Positions 1 through 12,218 of a stretch of 64,000 nt of DNA are shown one piece after another. Below the pieces are notes generated by a model, which did not search any database, was not told the DNA's origin, and worked only from the letters and a program-made list of their open reading frames with translations. Made by a program: the position numbers and the translations under genes. The stretch comes from Trichoplax sp. H2 (taxonomy: Eukaryota): NCBI GenBank assembly GCA_003344405.1, contig NOWV01000018.1, forward strand, positions 62,001-126,000, in the 5' to 3' direction. Numbering within the stretch: the stretch's first letter is position 1; every line of letters starts with the position of its first letter.

Positions 1-3000
1 TATAATTTTGAGTTTAATCCGCATCTTTATGCTCTATGTCATGAGGATATCTGAAAGTAAGCCCTAATTCTACGTATGTAGGAGTATATATGTACAATTA
101 TGGTCTTACTGTCTTTGATTTCGATAATACGTTGCATTTTTAGTTGGAAAGTAGTTAATTTCTGCTAACGAGCATAATACTTATAATCTAATTTCATGCA
201 CTCTTTTGTATATTGATTTATTTGTCACGGATACATTTCTCTCTTCTTTTGTACTGTAGTTGGTGCTCTCGGAAATGATTCATATTTTAGATGCGCAGAT
301 ATATATAATGTAGACGACTTTAATACCAAGAGTGATACGACGTAATAGGAAATGAAGTCATGTTAGTGGATTTATTTTTAAAAAATGAGTCATAGGAATA
401 AGAAAGAGGCAACAGTCGCATTCTACGAGGATCTAACGATTTTATTCTTTTAAACCAAGTAGACAATTTAATATGGAAGGATTAAGGATAGGTGTTAAGA
501 AATACAAAGGTTGTTGCCTAGTCTGTTAATAGTATTATCGTATGCGTAACCTTCGTGAAAGTAAGAAAGGATTAATTAGATATTACCCAAGTCAAAACTT
601 TATAGGGGATCATAATTATCGTGAGAGTGAATGATTCACATGTGAGTCATTACTGTACAATTGTTTATTGGAATCTTTCTAAGGTGATGATTTTAATCTC
701 AATCACTAAGAATTACAATGCGACTGTACAGTAGATAAAATAAATATGAACGATCTCGATAGGACGATACGTTCTTTTATTTAGGCTTGTAATAAAGTGA
801 TTTGTTAGCTCCAAAAGATTGGATTTTGAATTGTTCTTTTATAGCTTGAAGAACTTTTAGCTTTTGAATTCGTATTCTACCCAGTTGTCACATAGTAATC
901 GTGCCAATATGTCTGTTCGATCCTAAAGGTGGAACTGATTGGATCCAATTTATTCATCATGAAAGATATTCTACTGCACGCATACCTACAGTTTAATCGA
1001 TTTAATTTGATGACATGTACTGTATGTGTATAACTATAATTGTATTTGAGAAGTTACCACACACTCGTATTTCCAGTTTTATACTTAAAACTAGCCGAAC
1101 CAGTACACAAATATAGAAGTTTAACAATTTATGCACCATCTTCATTTCATATTGTAGTCAGTCCAAGCTTTACAATATACAGTAACGTATATTCTACGAC
1201 GATATAAATCGCCACATAATTGATACAAGCTGTAACTGAATTCTTCTGGTAAGAATGCTTTGTTGATATTACTTTAGTCATTGATTTATGAGAGTGGGCG
1301 GTTAGGGTTAGGCACCAACAGGTAAAAAAAGTTAAGGTTTCTGTAACTTATGCATCGTACCGACTGAGAAGGCCAGTTAATAAACTAAATTAATGTCCCG
1401 CATCTAATGAATTAGTTTTTATTTAATTTACTGTAAATAGATGTAATCGTAGACATCATTCTATATTCGTATAACAAAATCTGTTCTACTAACTCTACTC
1501 AGCGTATAGATCACCTAGAGAATTTTATACGGTAATAATCGATTTTATTACTGATTCTTTAACGATTGAAATTCGATAGAGATACTCTATAATGGTATAA
1601 AAAGTTCTACGGATAAGAAAAAACTTCTTACAACAGTAGATCTTAGAAAAGAATGAATAAGAACAATCACAACAGCAAAACGTAGCTACTTAAAATAAGC
1701 TACTTAACTTATTTACAACATAAAGGTTACGAAACAAGTTCACTCATATACTTAAATTATCATAAACATTACTCATAGGAGTGTATACCTAATACTGTCA
1801 ACAGCCTTTATTTGGTGTTATTTTTAAGTTATATCTAATAATTTACTTCTACATACCACGTTGATAACAATAAGTTGTACTGTGTAACAGTTTCACTATA
1901 ATTCGTGATGACTAACCTATTTCCGTGTTTATTTAGACAGGACCAACTGAGAGTTGGCGTATGGCGCAGTTTTGGAGATAGAAAGAAGAATCCTTTGAAT
2001 CGTTTGATGGATGTTTATCAATTCCCTTTATACACGTATAGGTCTTTTTGGCTATTAATATCTGTTCTAATAGTCACGCATCTATAATTACTAATAAAAA
2101 GTCAAATGCATCAGAGAGAAATGTTGGCAATAGCCTTGCTTTGCTTTCTGCTTCGTTTAGTCATGTTCCATCGAATAGTGATCATTAATTCACTGGTTGA
2201 TGCGCAGCTTGGTGTTCTACTATTGTCAACAGTAGTGATTTTAGTCATTTGATTTCCATGTCGTATTCAATTTTGGGCTACGTATTATATGAGAATATAA
2301 CATATATATATTGGCATACATGGCCGATAACATATATATTATTATACGTTTCAATTTTTAATATTTTATTGAGTATGAGGCGGAGTCTAGCGGACAATTT
2401 CAGATTAAATTCTTTCTTTTATTTCTAAATAGAAAAAAGTGGTAGTGGCGCACTTTCGATTTAATTTTACATCAAATTTATTTAGAATATACGGGTATAG
2501 TAATGGTTAGAAAAAGTGGACTATAAAACTTCATCATTTTTGAAATCAGTGACCTACAGTACCTGCGATTTCGTTTACTGAATTATTAGCAAATAAAATT
2601 GTGAAATTTGATAACTTCTGAATCAATACTATTATTGCTATAATAGTATCCGATTCTGGTTGAAATTTATGCTCTGTGCTGCGTTCATATCATGAAACAG
2701 GCTGTACTGTACTACATATACCTTTGGCAAGAACAGAAATTACTGTTGATGCTCAGGCGTTGGACTTTGCTTCAACGCTTAACAATAATACAATGTGATC
2801 AATACTACACTCAATCAATTTCAATTTTATGCTGACAAATATAGCAGCAGATGGTGATGCCAATGGTAGAATTTCGATTTTAGTCAATTGCTGGAGAAAA
2901 AATAATGCCTTGCCCTGATCTTCTTTCTATACTAAGTTATGAATGACATAAGGGCTCTCTTTTTGTCAACATCGTGACTCTAGCATGTCCCATGTTCCGT

Positions 3001-3387
3001 GTCTGTCATTGTTTTTCAATAGTATTTACAAAAGGCATACTACTAGAATAGAAGTTATTTTTCTAGTAATTTATCGTTCCAAATTAACAATAAAATCGGC
3101 TAGTGTAACTCGATTCTGCAAAAATAATTTCTTTTTCCTCTTCCTACGTATTGTAAATATACGCCCGAGGTTTGCACAACAGTCACGTTCAGTACAGTAG
3201 TAACCATATGATAATAACGCACTCTTGAAAGCGGACAGTCTAGTCCATTACGCCAACTGTCTACTGTACTGGTAGTCTAGTGCTATGTACTACAAAGAGG
3301 AGCAACTTTCAGGCTTTAAATAGTCGCTGAGTATCAGCATCCTGGATTATTATAACGTCCGCGTACAAACAGAACTACGTTTACAAG

Positions 3388-6300
3388 ATGGCAGCTAGAA
3401 TGAGTAGTCGATTGATGCGATCAGTTTTAGTTGGTGAAAAAGGATCATTAACTATCGTTAATGATACTCCATTACCATCACTTAAAACTGGCCAAATCTT
3501 AATTAAGGTAAAATATCAAGTTTTTCGATACTGATATGAAATGATCTGAGACAAGGTAAGCATACGATGTCATGTGTTGTCTTGTCATGCAATCTCCTTG
3601 GTTATGGCCAATTTACGCTAGGTAGACGAAGTTCAATATGATATCGATCATGGTTCAACAAGATATTGATCATATCATTGACAGTATGAAGATCAAATTA
3701 TTATCATAGCATTATTATATCCCTCTTGAAATAGACTCGTAGTAATGACGATCTCCCTACAGGATACGGCTGAGGCAGTAGTTTGAAAGAGTGTCGAAAT
3801 TTGGAACTAAAAAGGAATGACATTTCATCATCAGTCACCCTCATACTGGACTTTTTTTTGCATAGGTTGCAGCTTGTGGTGTCAATCGGATGGATTTATT
3901 GCAAAGATATAATAAGTATCCTGTTCCCGTTGGAGAGAGTGAAATCTTAGGTGTTGAAGGTAAAAATAACGTAAAATTGAACATTAAAATTGAGATAGAT
4001 TGATTGAGAATGAGTTAATGTTGCATGCAAAGTCGCTGCATGATTCATTTCTGTAGCACAAAGGTGACGAAAAGATAAATTCCTCATTGACTTACTCCAT
4101 TGATTTGCTTATTTAGATTAAGTTTTTACGGAGCTTGTTTGTCATTTTTTCCTCACTTGTACTATAATATGGCGTCTCCAGTAAGATATCGTGATACTTA
4201 GATAACATATAAACCATCACTGCACTGAAAGGCGAGTAGGTTGCGTGACAACCCAACGGCTTCCGTGTTGTTAGATAGGGGGTGTTATATTGTGCTGACT
4301 TCATCTTCTGTTTTATAGCTTGGCGATGTTAATTTTTTTCTTTTTCTGCTGCTAGTTAACTAATTCTAGGCCTTAGTACGAGAATTATTTTTATGACACG
4401 TATCTTTTAGTTTGAAATATTGTTCATTACAAACGCTTTGAAATGTACTTGATATTTTCAATACTAAAAAATTAAAATGAGGATATCTACGAATCCTTAA
4501 ATAGATATACATATATATTGACAAGCAGTTTATTACAGCTAATTATAATTATGGCACACTTTTATGTCTGTAGTGGCCGGTACCATTGCTGAGATGGACG
4601 AGGAGGCTTTACATCATTCCAATTTCAAGGTTGGCGATCGCGTGTGTGCATTAGTTGGAGGAGGCGGATATGCAGGTGATCCAATTGCAACGCGATTATA
4701 CTGTACTTGTCATTTATTTTGAGGAAATTCTTAATAGAATTAGAATTAATAACAGCACCTTTATTATACTGTATACATCTACAGCGAACGGTTGTGTATT
4801 AGTACTTAGTATATGTATATACATCTTTATACGTATCATTTATTTTTTGATTAAATACTTAAATAGAGTTAGAATGAATAACAACATCTTTCCTATACTG
4901 CATGCGACTGATGCAAACGATTGTACAGTAGTACCTAGTATACGCGTACATCTTGCTATCTGTATGATATTCTACATTATTCAAGTTACAGTCTTCCTCA
5001 TCGAAATTAGTGTTTGCATGCTTCTCATGAATTACAATTTCTATTTGCTACTACAAATCTTTTTAATTCTTCTTATTTCCTAAATTTCTATCATAGATTT
5101 TTGTGCGTCTCCTCATCAAACAGTGATGCCGATACCTAGATCCATGAGCTTTGTTGAAGCTTCCGCAATACGTTAGTAAAAAAATGCTAATATTAATAAA
5201 TTCTTTCTTAGGTATTGTTGTCCTTCTTAAAATTAGATAGACAACAACTTTGTTATCTTAAAATTAGATTGATAGCATTCCCTCTTTATGTACTAACATA
5301 ATTGTGTTTTCAACAGCTGAAGCTTTTTTAACTGCTTATGCTGCTATGTTCCTCAGTGCTAAATTAAAGAAAGATGAGTCTATACTTATTCATGCTGTAA
5401 GGCTAATATATTGTAACGTAAATTACAGTGTGTAATAACATAGATGTAAGCGATATCATGTAGATTGTTTTTTCAAGTAGCAATTTAGGTGCCTAATTTC
5501 GCTTTTATCTACTTATCATTAGCTTTCAATTTATATATTGTAAAGTTATTAATAGAATGTAATAATAATATCGATACATGCAAATACGACGCCTGATATT
5601 ATCTTGTTAATTAATAAAAATAAAATGCTTTTGTAGGGTGCCAGTGGTGTTGGCACTGCCGCCATACAACTCGCTAAAGAATTTGGTAACAAAGACATTT
5701 TCGTTACTGCAGGTAGAAATTAGTTCAATATTGTTCTAGTGAATTGTTAGGATTATCTTTTCTCGTGATATGAATATGGTAGTTAGTTATTTCGCTTAAC
5801 TTTATACTGTATCCAATCAGATACCATAACTTTTTAGAGGATTAAATTATCTTTCTCGTACGGACGTAGGATAACTTTTCTCGTAATATTACTTAGGCTA
5901 AAGCATAAGAATATATTTTTATTTATATAGGATCCGAGAAAAAGCTAGCAATGTGCCGAGAACTTGGTGCAACTACATTAATTAATTATAAAACACATGA
6001 CTTTGCCGAAGTTGTTAGACATACTACTAATAAAAGGGGTTTGTATTGCTTCGGAAATTATTAAACGTCAGATCATTAAGTCTAAAAATATTTAGGAGCA
6101 TCCGTTACTCACATTTTGTAGCCTGTTTGAAATGTGTAACATATAAAAGTATTTAACATCAAAATTTTATGCCCACAACATTCTCTTCATACTCATTTAA
6201 GGTGTTGATGTAGTCGTTGATTTTATTGGCGCTTCTTACTGGGAAAGGAATATTAAATCCTTAGCTTTGGATGGCCGTTTAGTTCTACTAGGCTTGGTAT

Positions 6301-6777
6301 TGCTATTGTTTACATATAGTTGTGGCATATTTTATAACTGTGATATCAAATTAAGTTAACAGTTACATGAACTGACACTTATTGGTGTTTCTTTTTTGCA
6401 AAGCTTGGAAATACTGCAACTGATGGCATCCACTGTAATACTGGCTTAATATTGGCCAAACGATTAACAATTATTGGATCAACTCTAAGGAATCGAGATA
6501 TAAATTACAAAAGCAATCTTATTCTTGATGTATGTGTATTCCAACTACTCTACTTACATTGATTATGGTAGATATACGTGTAATGACTGTATTGAACCAG
6601 ATATTAAAGTTTTTATTTCAAATTTTTTGACAGTTCACACGTAGTACAGTGGATGGCTTTCAAAAAGGCAGATTAAAGCCAGTTCTAGATAGCACTTATA
6701 CAATTGAAGAGGTGGAAGCTGCTCATGACCGGATGCTGCGAAATCTGAACAGTGGAAAAATTGTACTTACTATGTAG
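3388..6777 (+). CDS. TP53I3: NADPH:quinone oxidoreductase, PIG3/TP53I3-like (MDR / zeta-crystallin family), 10 exons
   Basis: Spliced GT-AG exons ~3388-3507, 3866-3959, 4574-4675, 5097-5171, 5317-5396, 5637-5712, 5931-6038, 6202-6296, 6404-6529, 6634-6777. They give [82 protein letters not shown] (Rossmann motif)..[32 protein letters not shown]. Confidence 0.85.
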
Positions 6778-8344
6778 CATAGATTACTTCATGAAAATTT
6801 ATGGTTGAGAGTAGAAATTAAAGTAGAGCATATTCTCTATTTCTGTTGTTGAAGATGTATATATGCAGTAAAAGCTTTAACTAATATCTTGTTACAGTAT
6901 ATTCATTACTATAATTGAAGACATACATATTTTTGCATTGGACTCAGAACTTTTAAGTATTATATAGTCTGCATAATTATCGTAAGATTTGAAATGTAAA
7001 ACATAAAGTAATTACAGCTAGAGTGATGAATAGTGATGTTGACGAGATATTCCCATAGACTCTATCAACCATTCCATATCTATGTAACTAGATATTTTAA
7101 GCGATCACCTGCTCAAATATCAATTTGAAATTTTTTCCTAATCGTGCATGATAGCGGATACGATGCATTCGTAGCACCTATATATAGGCTTACGTCAGTT
7201 TTAATGCTGTACACTGGATAGCTATCAAAAAGCTATTACTATCTGTAAAAGATGTACGATTATGTATTGCTACCAATGATTAAAATAACAATTAATTTGA
7301 GTATTGTCATGATCATACTAACAAAATAAAATCTGAAAATTTTGCTTTAGTATTTAATGTAGTAAGCTTATGCAAGGGTTATAAACTGAGTGTACTTTAA
7401 CTGTAACGTATTTTGTCGTCGAACTTGAGCAAAGAATTTAAGTGATATACGATATACTGTATGTCTTAAGGCGTTAAATTGTAAAGTATTGTATGTTCAA
7501 TTTCTAGTTATATGCTTCGTGAAAAAACTGACAATACAGTAGTTATTATATTGGTACCAATTGGACATACCGATATTCTAAATTTGCTGTCTCACAATTT
7601 GCTAAAATACCATACTTTTATTATAGTAGTTAGATTGAAATTTTTGTAAGTAGGTCGTTTTTAATTTGTAAATGAATGAATGCAATAACATTAAACAGTA
7701 CAGCATAGTAATTGGCTTACGATAATGTTGATTCTAATATCTTTAATTACGAAATAATTATCTATCTGATGAGTGTGAATTAACGTCGATTATCTTAGTT
7801 TAGTAAGTATACATATTTACAATAGTAATAACAAGCTTGTTTCATTATGATTTTTCTCTTCGTGTTAACTGTCATTGGGAATTATTTCGATAAAATTTCA
7901 CAGAGTACAAAACATGAACTAGTTCTATGATCTCTTTATCGTTATTTTCCTAGCATGACTAATAGCTGCAGTGATTATATCTTTAACATGACCATACCAT
8001 AAAATTGTAACGATTTCGACCAATTATTAGTTTTAGCTAATGATTGAAATTAGAGATTAAAATCAACGTTAATTCAGTTAGGGAGCATCAAATCAGCATA
8101 GCTTGCGCTCGATATCTCTTATTCATATCAACATGTGTATTAAGCATATATTTATAGTATATAACATGCCCATATAGTGTATGTCTATATATCGGCAGTG
8201 TTTCAATATTTTATTATAAAACTAGATGAAAAATTCACTATTTCATTGATTGAAATATGTTTACTATTGAACTATGACCTATTTACCATGTCAATTCGCT
8301 TCACCAGTTACGGTGTGGTCTAAATTTTGGACATTGAAAATTTT

Positions 8345-9700
8345 TTAAGTTAATATTAATCCTTTCACTGTATGTAATCGTAACTCTTCAATCTTATGTA
8401 ACAGATCTCCTTCAAGTATTTTTTGCTTGGTTTCTAACATTGTACGCATTGTAGCTAAGTTATCATGAGTTGCATCGAATCCTTCTCTACATTCTTGGCG
8501 AAACTTATCTATTAATGTGTTTTGCTCTTTTTTGAAATGTTGAACTTGTTGCTGGGCAAATTGAGTTTGCTGTTCTTGTAATTGCTTTATTAATTGTTTA
8601 ACTTCTTTTTCTAATCCTTTAGCTATTTGAACCATCTGATGTTCTAATTCGTTTTGTCGTAATTCTGATCGGTTGGAGATGACTTCAGCTTGGCGAATAA
8701 ATTCCATAACTTGATTAGCTTCTGTTGTCATCCAACGCTTAATGTGATCAGTTTGATCTTTAGCTTCTTGCCTTATAACAGTATATTTTTCTTCCCATTG
8801 GGTGTCTAAATGTTTCAGAGTATCGTCTAAGGAATCTTTCTCGCCTAGCTGTTGGGATAGCTGTTGAATAGTGGTCTTTTTCTCTGTTAAGTTTTGGCGG
8901 CAAACATTCATTTCATCTTCTAACTTAGTTAGTCGCTGATTTACATGATTTTGATTTGTTGATTGATTCTGTCTTATCGCATCAATTTGTCTACCTTGAT
9001 TTTCTAATTCATCTTTCAAACGCCTAACTTGACTTTGTAATTCTTCTCTTTGGTCGTGTCCATTGTGAACTTTAGTTCCAATGATATCTAGTTCTTCTTT
9101 AATTTGCTGATGACTACGTATGAGATTATCAACTCTAAATGTATCTTTTTGGGTATTTAATTGTAAATTACTTATTTTATGTTGTTGTGTTCGAACAAAA
9201 TTATTATAATGTTTGACTAAAGGCTCTATAGTATTGCTTAAGCGTTTGACAATAGTAGCAATGGCTTGAATGAAATCTTTTAACCACGTTCTAGCAGATT
9301 TGCTATTCTGGTGAGTAGCTTGTATAAGATTTAGCTGATTGACGAGATCTTCTTGAACATCAAGGGCAAAATCAATTAGTTCTGATGTTGTTTTTTCATG
9401 TTCTTCTATACGACTATCTAGTGATATTACTGGATTATGATTATAATTATTTGGTAAACTCTGCGATACTAGTGCATCGGCGTTATTAGCAAATACTGGT
9501 GGTAATCGATTAGAAGTCGATGCATATAACCGATTTTGTTTATGGCTATTGTTTGCTTTTAGTAGTGATTGTTTCTGTAACAATCGTGCGAATCTATCTC
9601 GTTTTTGTTGGCCATGATTATCTTTTAGCTCTGTGAAGGCCATACTTTGATCAGTAGGTAAGCTTGAATTTTTGAAATCTTCGTTTATCAATTCTATCAT
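8345..9700 (-). CDS. FAM81: FAM81-family coiled-coil protein, uninterrupted ORF (ATG at 9700 or 9643; ORF-track start 9775 is not an ATG)
   Basis: About 450 aa, Q/E/K/L-rich coiled coil. LDSRIEEHEKTTSELIDFALDVQEDLV..SARTWLKDFIQAIATIVKRLS matches the FAM81 N-terminal block (LEDRI..HEKTT..L...A...I...ARLFLEEHI..ITAIVK.L). The C-terminal ECREGFDATHDNLATMRTMLETK matches the FAM81 C-terminus. Recognised from memory of the family, no search run. Confidence 0.75.
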   Translation of the reverse strand: MIELINEDFKNSSLPTDQSMAFTELKDNHGQQKRDRFARLLQKQSLLKANNSHKQNRLYASTSNRLPPVFANNADALVSQSLPNNYNHNPVISLDSRIEEHEKTTSELIDFALDVQEDLVNQLNLIQATHQNSKSARTWLKDFIQAIATIVKRLSNTIEPLVKHYNNFVRTQQHKISNLQLNTQKDTFRVDNLIRSHQQIKEELDIIGTKVHNGHDQREELQSQVRRLKDELENQGRQIDAIRQNQSTNQNHVNQRLTKLEDEMNVCRQNLTEKKTTIQQLSQQLGEKDSLDDTLKHLDTQWEEKYTVIRQEAKDQTDHIKRWMTTEANQVMEFIRQAEVISNRSELRQNELEHQMVQIAKGLEKEVKQLIKQLQEQQTQFAQQQVQHFKKEQNTLIDKFRQECREGFDATHDNLATMRTMLETKQKILEGDLLHKIEELRLHTVKGLILT

Positions 9701-10939
9701 GAATATAAAAGTGATTGGGAATAGTAAGTAACTCTGTTGTTCTACATTTAAGCAATAATAATGGATATAAATCAAAAAAATTCAAATAATAAAGTAAAAA
9801 ATAGATAAGAATTAAATATTACAGCTATTCTATTACTATATAAGTAATCTTTTGTAGTAATTAATGTTATCAAACAAATAAGATGTGCTTCGATCCGCTA
9901 CATTTATCAGATTAAATTGATTTCATGAAGCATGGCATTAAAAATGACAGCCTAGAGTAGATAAAAATATGGCGGTCTTGAGTTTCTTACTATTGATCGA
10001 ATAAAATTGGATTAAACCATATTTAATAATAATACATTTTTCAAGACTGTCGAACGGTAGTTTATTGCTAGGTAACATTTTGATAAATCATTACCTTAAG
10101 GCTTGCATTAATTATGGTTTTATTAAATGAAAAATGAGCGATGATTGTAGATTTTTAGCAGCATTTGAATAAAATAATTACCGTTGTGATTTCATTTGAT
10201 CGTGTAGTATTTCTTATTCGATTGTAAGTCCAGCAATTTTGATTGTGGTCAATGTAGGATATATGCTTATATTAATTTTTTTAGGGGTAGTTTTTTACTA
10301 TCAAATTACGATTTGGACACTTGAATATACTATTTAGGCAAAATTGCATTGCAAGAAAAGTCGAAATAGTCCAGTGAGATTGATGGATCATGAAGCCTAC
10401 TACAGTAGCATTAGACTCAATAATGATAATAAATGGCAAGGTTGTTTAGATTAAGCCTATCAACTGGAAGTTGTAAACTATCCCGGCATGAATTTTTACT
10501 GTATCATGATATGACTCAAGAGGCGTATCAGTAATACGTAATAAAGTAGCTGTCGATCAACTTCTATGTATATATAGTGTATATGCCACCTACAGATTTG
10601 GCACAAGTGGATTCTATGAAGTGAATGTACAGTGAGATTTTGGATAAATCAGTCGCCAGTGTTACTATGGCAACAAGGCCTCTACTACTTTTTACGGACG
10701 CTGTATCGTATTTGTTATGTATATCACTATCTAGAGTTAATGTAAGACTTACTACTGTATTAAAAGCATTTGAAGATTAGCTCTACTCTCAATTAGCATC
10801 TATTATAATAGTAAATATATCGCATTAGGCACACGATTGAATAAATAACATCAGACCGGCTAAATTTCCTAGATGCAAGTATGGCTACTAGAAAAAGAGC
10901 GAGTTAATTTCTGTGATCTATTCGGCACCCCTGGTGTAG

Positions 10940-12030
10940 TGTGCGTACAGTACAGTACCACTAACCCTAGTACATACAGTACAGTACAGTACAGTACCAC
11001 TAACCCTAGTACTGTACATAATTTAGATAGTACTGTAGGGTCCTGTCACCCATGTGGACAAACTTATGAGCACTATACTGTACAGTGTGCAGTAGAGCCG
11101 CAATTTAGTAGTCCATTCGCAACATACTGTACTGTACTGTACGCAATCAGGTTGACCATAATTGGCAAAAGCAAGTCCGATAACGCCGATCACTTCTCTA
11201 GTGGCAAAACAGTAAACTGAACAGTACTATACTATACTGTATAGTAAAGCTTATACTACACTTACTATACATTCTGTGAGATATGCTGTAGTATCCTTCT
11301 ACCGTCCTAAATCGAATGACGATAATATGTTGTGAATTATTTTTCATTCACATTAAAGTAATGACTAATATTGTAAGTCTTGCATTAGTAGTCAAAGCAG
11401 TCCGATAACGTCAATCACTTCTCTATCGGCAATACATTATACTGTACACTGTACAGTACTGTATAGTAAAGCTTATACTACAGTACTTACTGTACCTGCT
11501 GTACTGGAACTGTGAGATACTGTACAGTATACTGTACTGTACTGTACTGTACAGTGTACAGTAGTATCCTTCTACTGTCCGAAATCGAATGGCGATAACG
11601 TTTCACTATGTTGTGAATTATTTTTCGTTCATATTAGAGTAATGACTCATATTGTAAGCCTTGCATTAGTAGTCACAGCATTTAGCACCTGCTGCAGTAC
11701 ACTCTATGAGCATGGTATCGTCGATAGACTAAGGACCAATGACACTTTAGAGCATACTTTAGGGGTACTTAAGTACTTTAGAGTGAGTCTTTTATTCCAT
11801 TGGGGTTGAAAAATTCTCAACGACTTACAGTACTGTACAGTGTACAGTACAGTACGACTGTAAAATGAGTGGACTGTAGTAAGTCGTTTACTAGCACAAG
11901 AAGGCAATAGGGGCTAGACCTGAATTTTACTATACAGTACTGTACACTGTACACTGTACACTGTACAGCATACCGTACTGTACAGTGTACAGTACTGTAC
12001 ACGTCCTTTGTGGTACAGTACTGTGCGGTG
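10940..12030. repeat. TACAG/CTGTA/GTAC micro-repeat array in the FAM81-IQGAP divergent intergenic region
   Basis: Runs such as tacagtacagtacagtacc, actgtactgtactgtactgtacagtgtacagt and tgtacactgtacactgtacactgtacag. Includes a ~28-bp direct repeat tacagtacagtaccactaaccctagtac at 10946 and 10986. Confidence 0.9.
11168..11675. repeat. Diverged tandem duplication (~227 bp plus ~281 bp)
   Basis: Both copies run aagca(a)gtccgataacg..atcacttctcta..ctgtatagtaaagcttatactaca..gtagtatccttctac..aaatcgaatg..tatgttgtgaattatttttc..gtaatgact..atattgtaag.cttgcattagtagtca. Copy 1 ~11168-11394, copy 2 ~11395-11675. Confidence 0.92.
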
Positions 12031-12218
12031 TGAAATGAGCCAATGAACCTTAAGCAAATGGGGACCCACAATTTGAAATGCAGTCCAATACGGTACTGTA
12101 AGAACACGTAATTAGTACAGCTGGAAGTCCCATAGTGGACATACGTTCAGACTTCATACCGAGATTCAAAATTTTGATCGCTATTTTTTTTTCCAGTTTC
12201 TACAGCACAAATTAGAGG

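Noticed and set aside
1301-1312. GTTAGGGTTAGG telomere-like sequence
   Set aside because: About two units only; could arise by chance.
4655-5083. 142-aa hydrophobic ORF
   Set aside because: Lies in QOR intron 3, out of frame with the exon. It is AT-rich sequence with a degenerate internal duplication (~4730-4840 vs ~4855-4960), not a credible gene.
10946-11013. ~28-bp direct repeat with a spacer, resembling a CRISPR array; contains TAACCC
   Set aside because: Only two copies, the spacer is itself motif repeat, the context is eukaryotic and there are no cas genes. A single TAACCC per unit is not a telomeric tract.
10873-12107. ORFs rich in YSTVQY/CTVLY peptides (also 25186-26102, 29827-30027, 47107-47666)
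   Set aside because: They are translations of the TACAG/CTGTA arrays, which lack stops in several frames on both strands. No protein-like signal.
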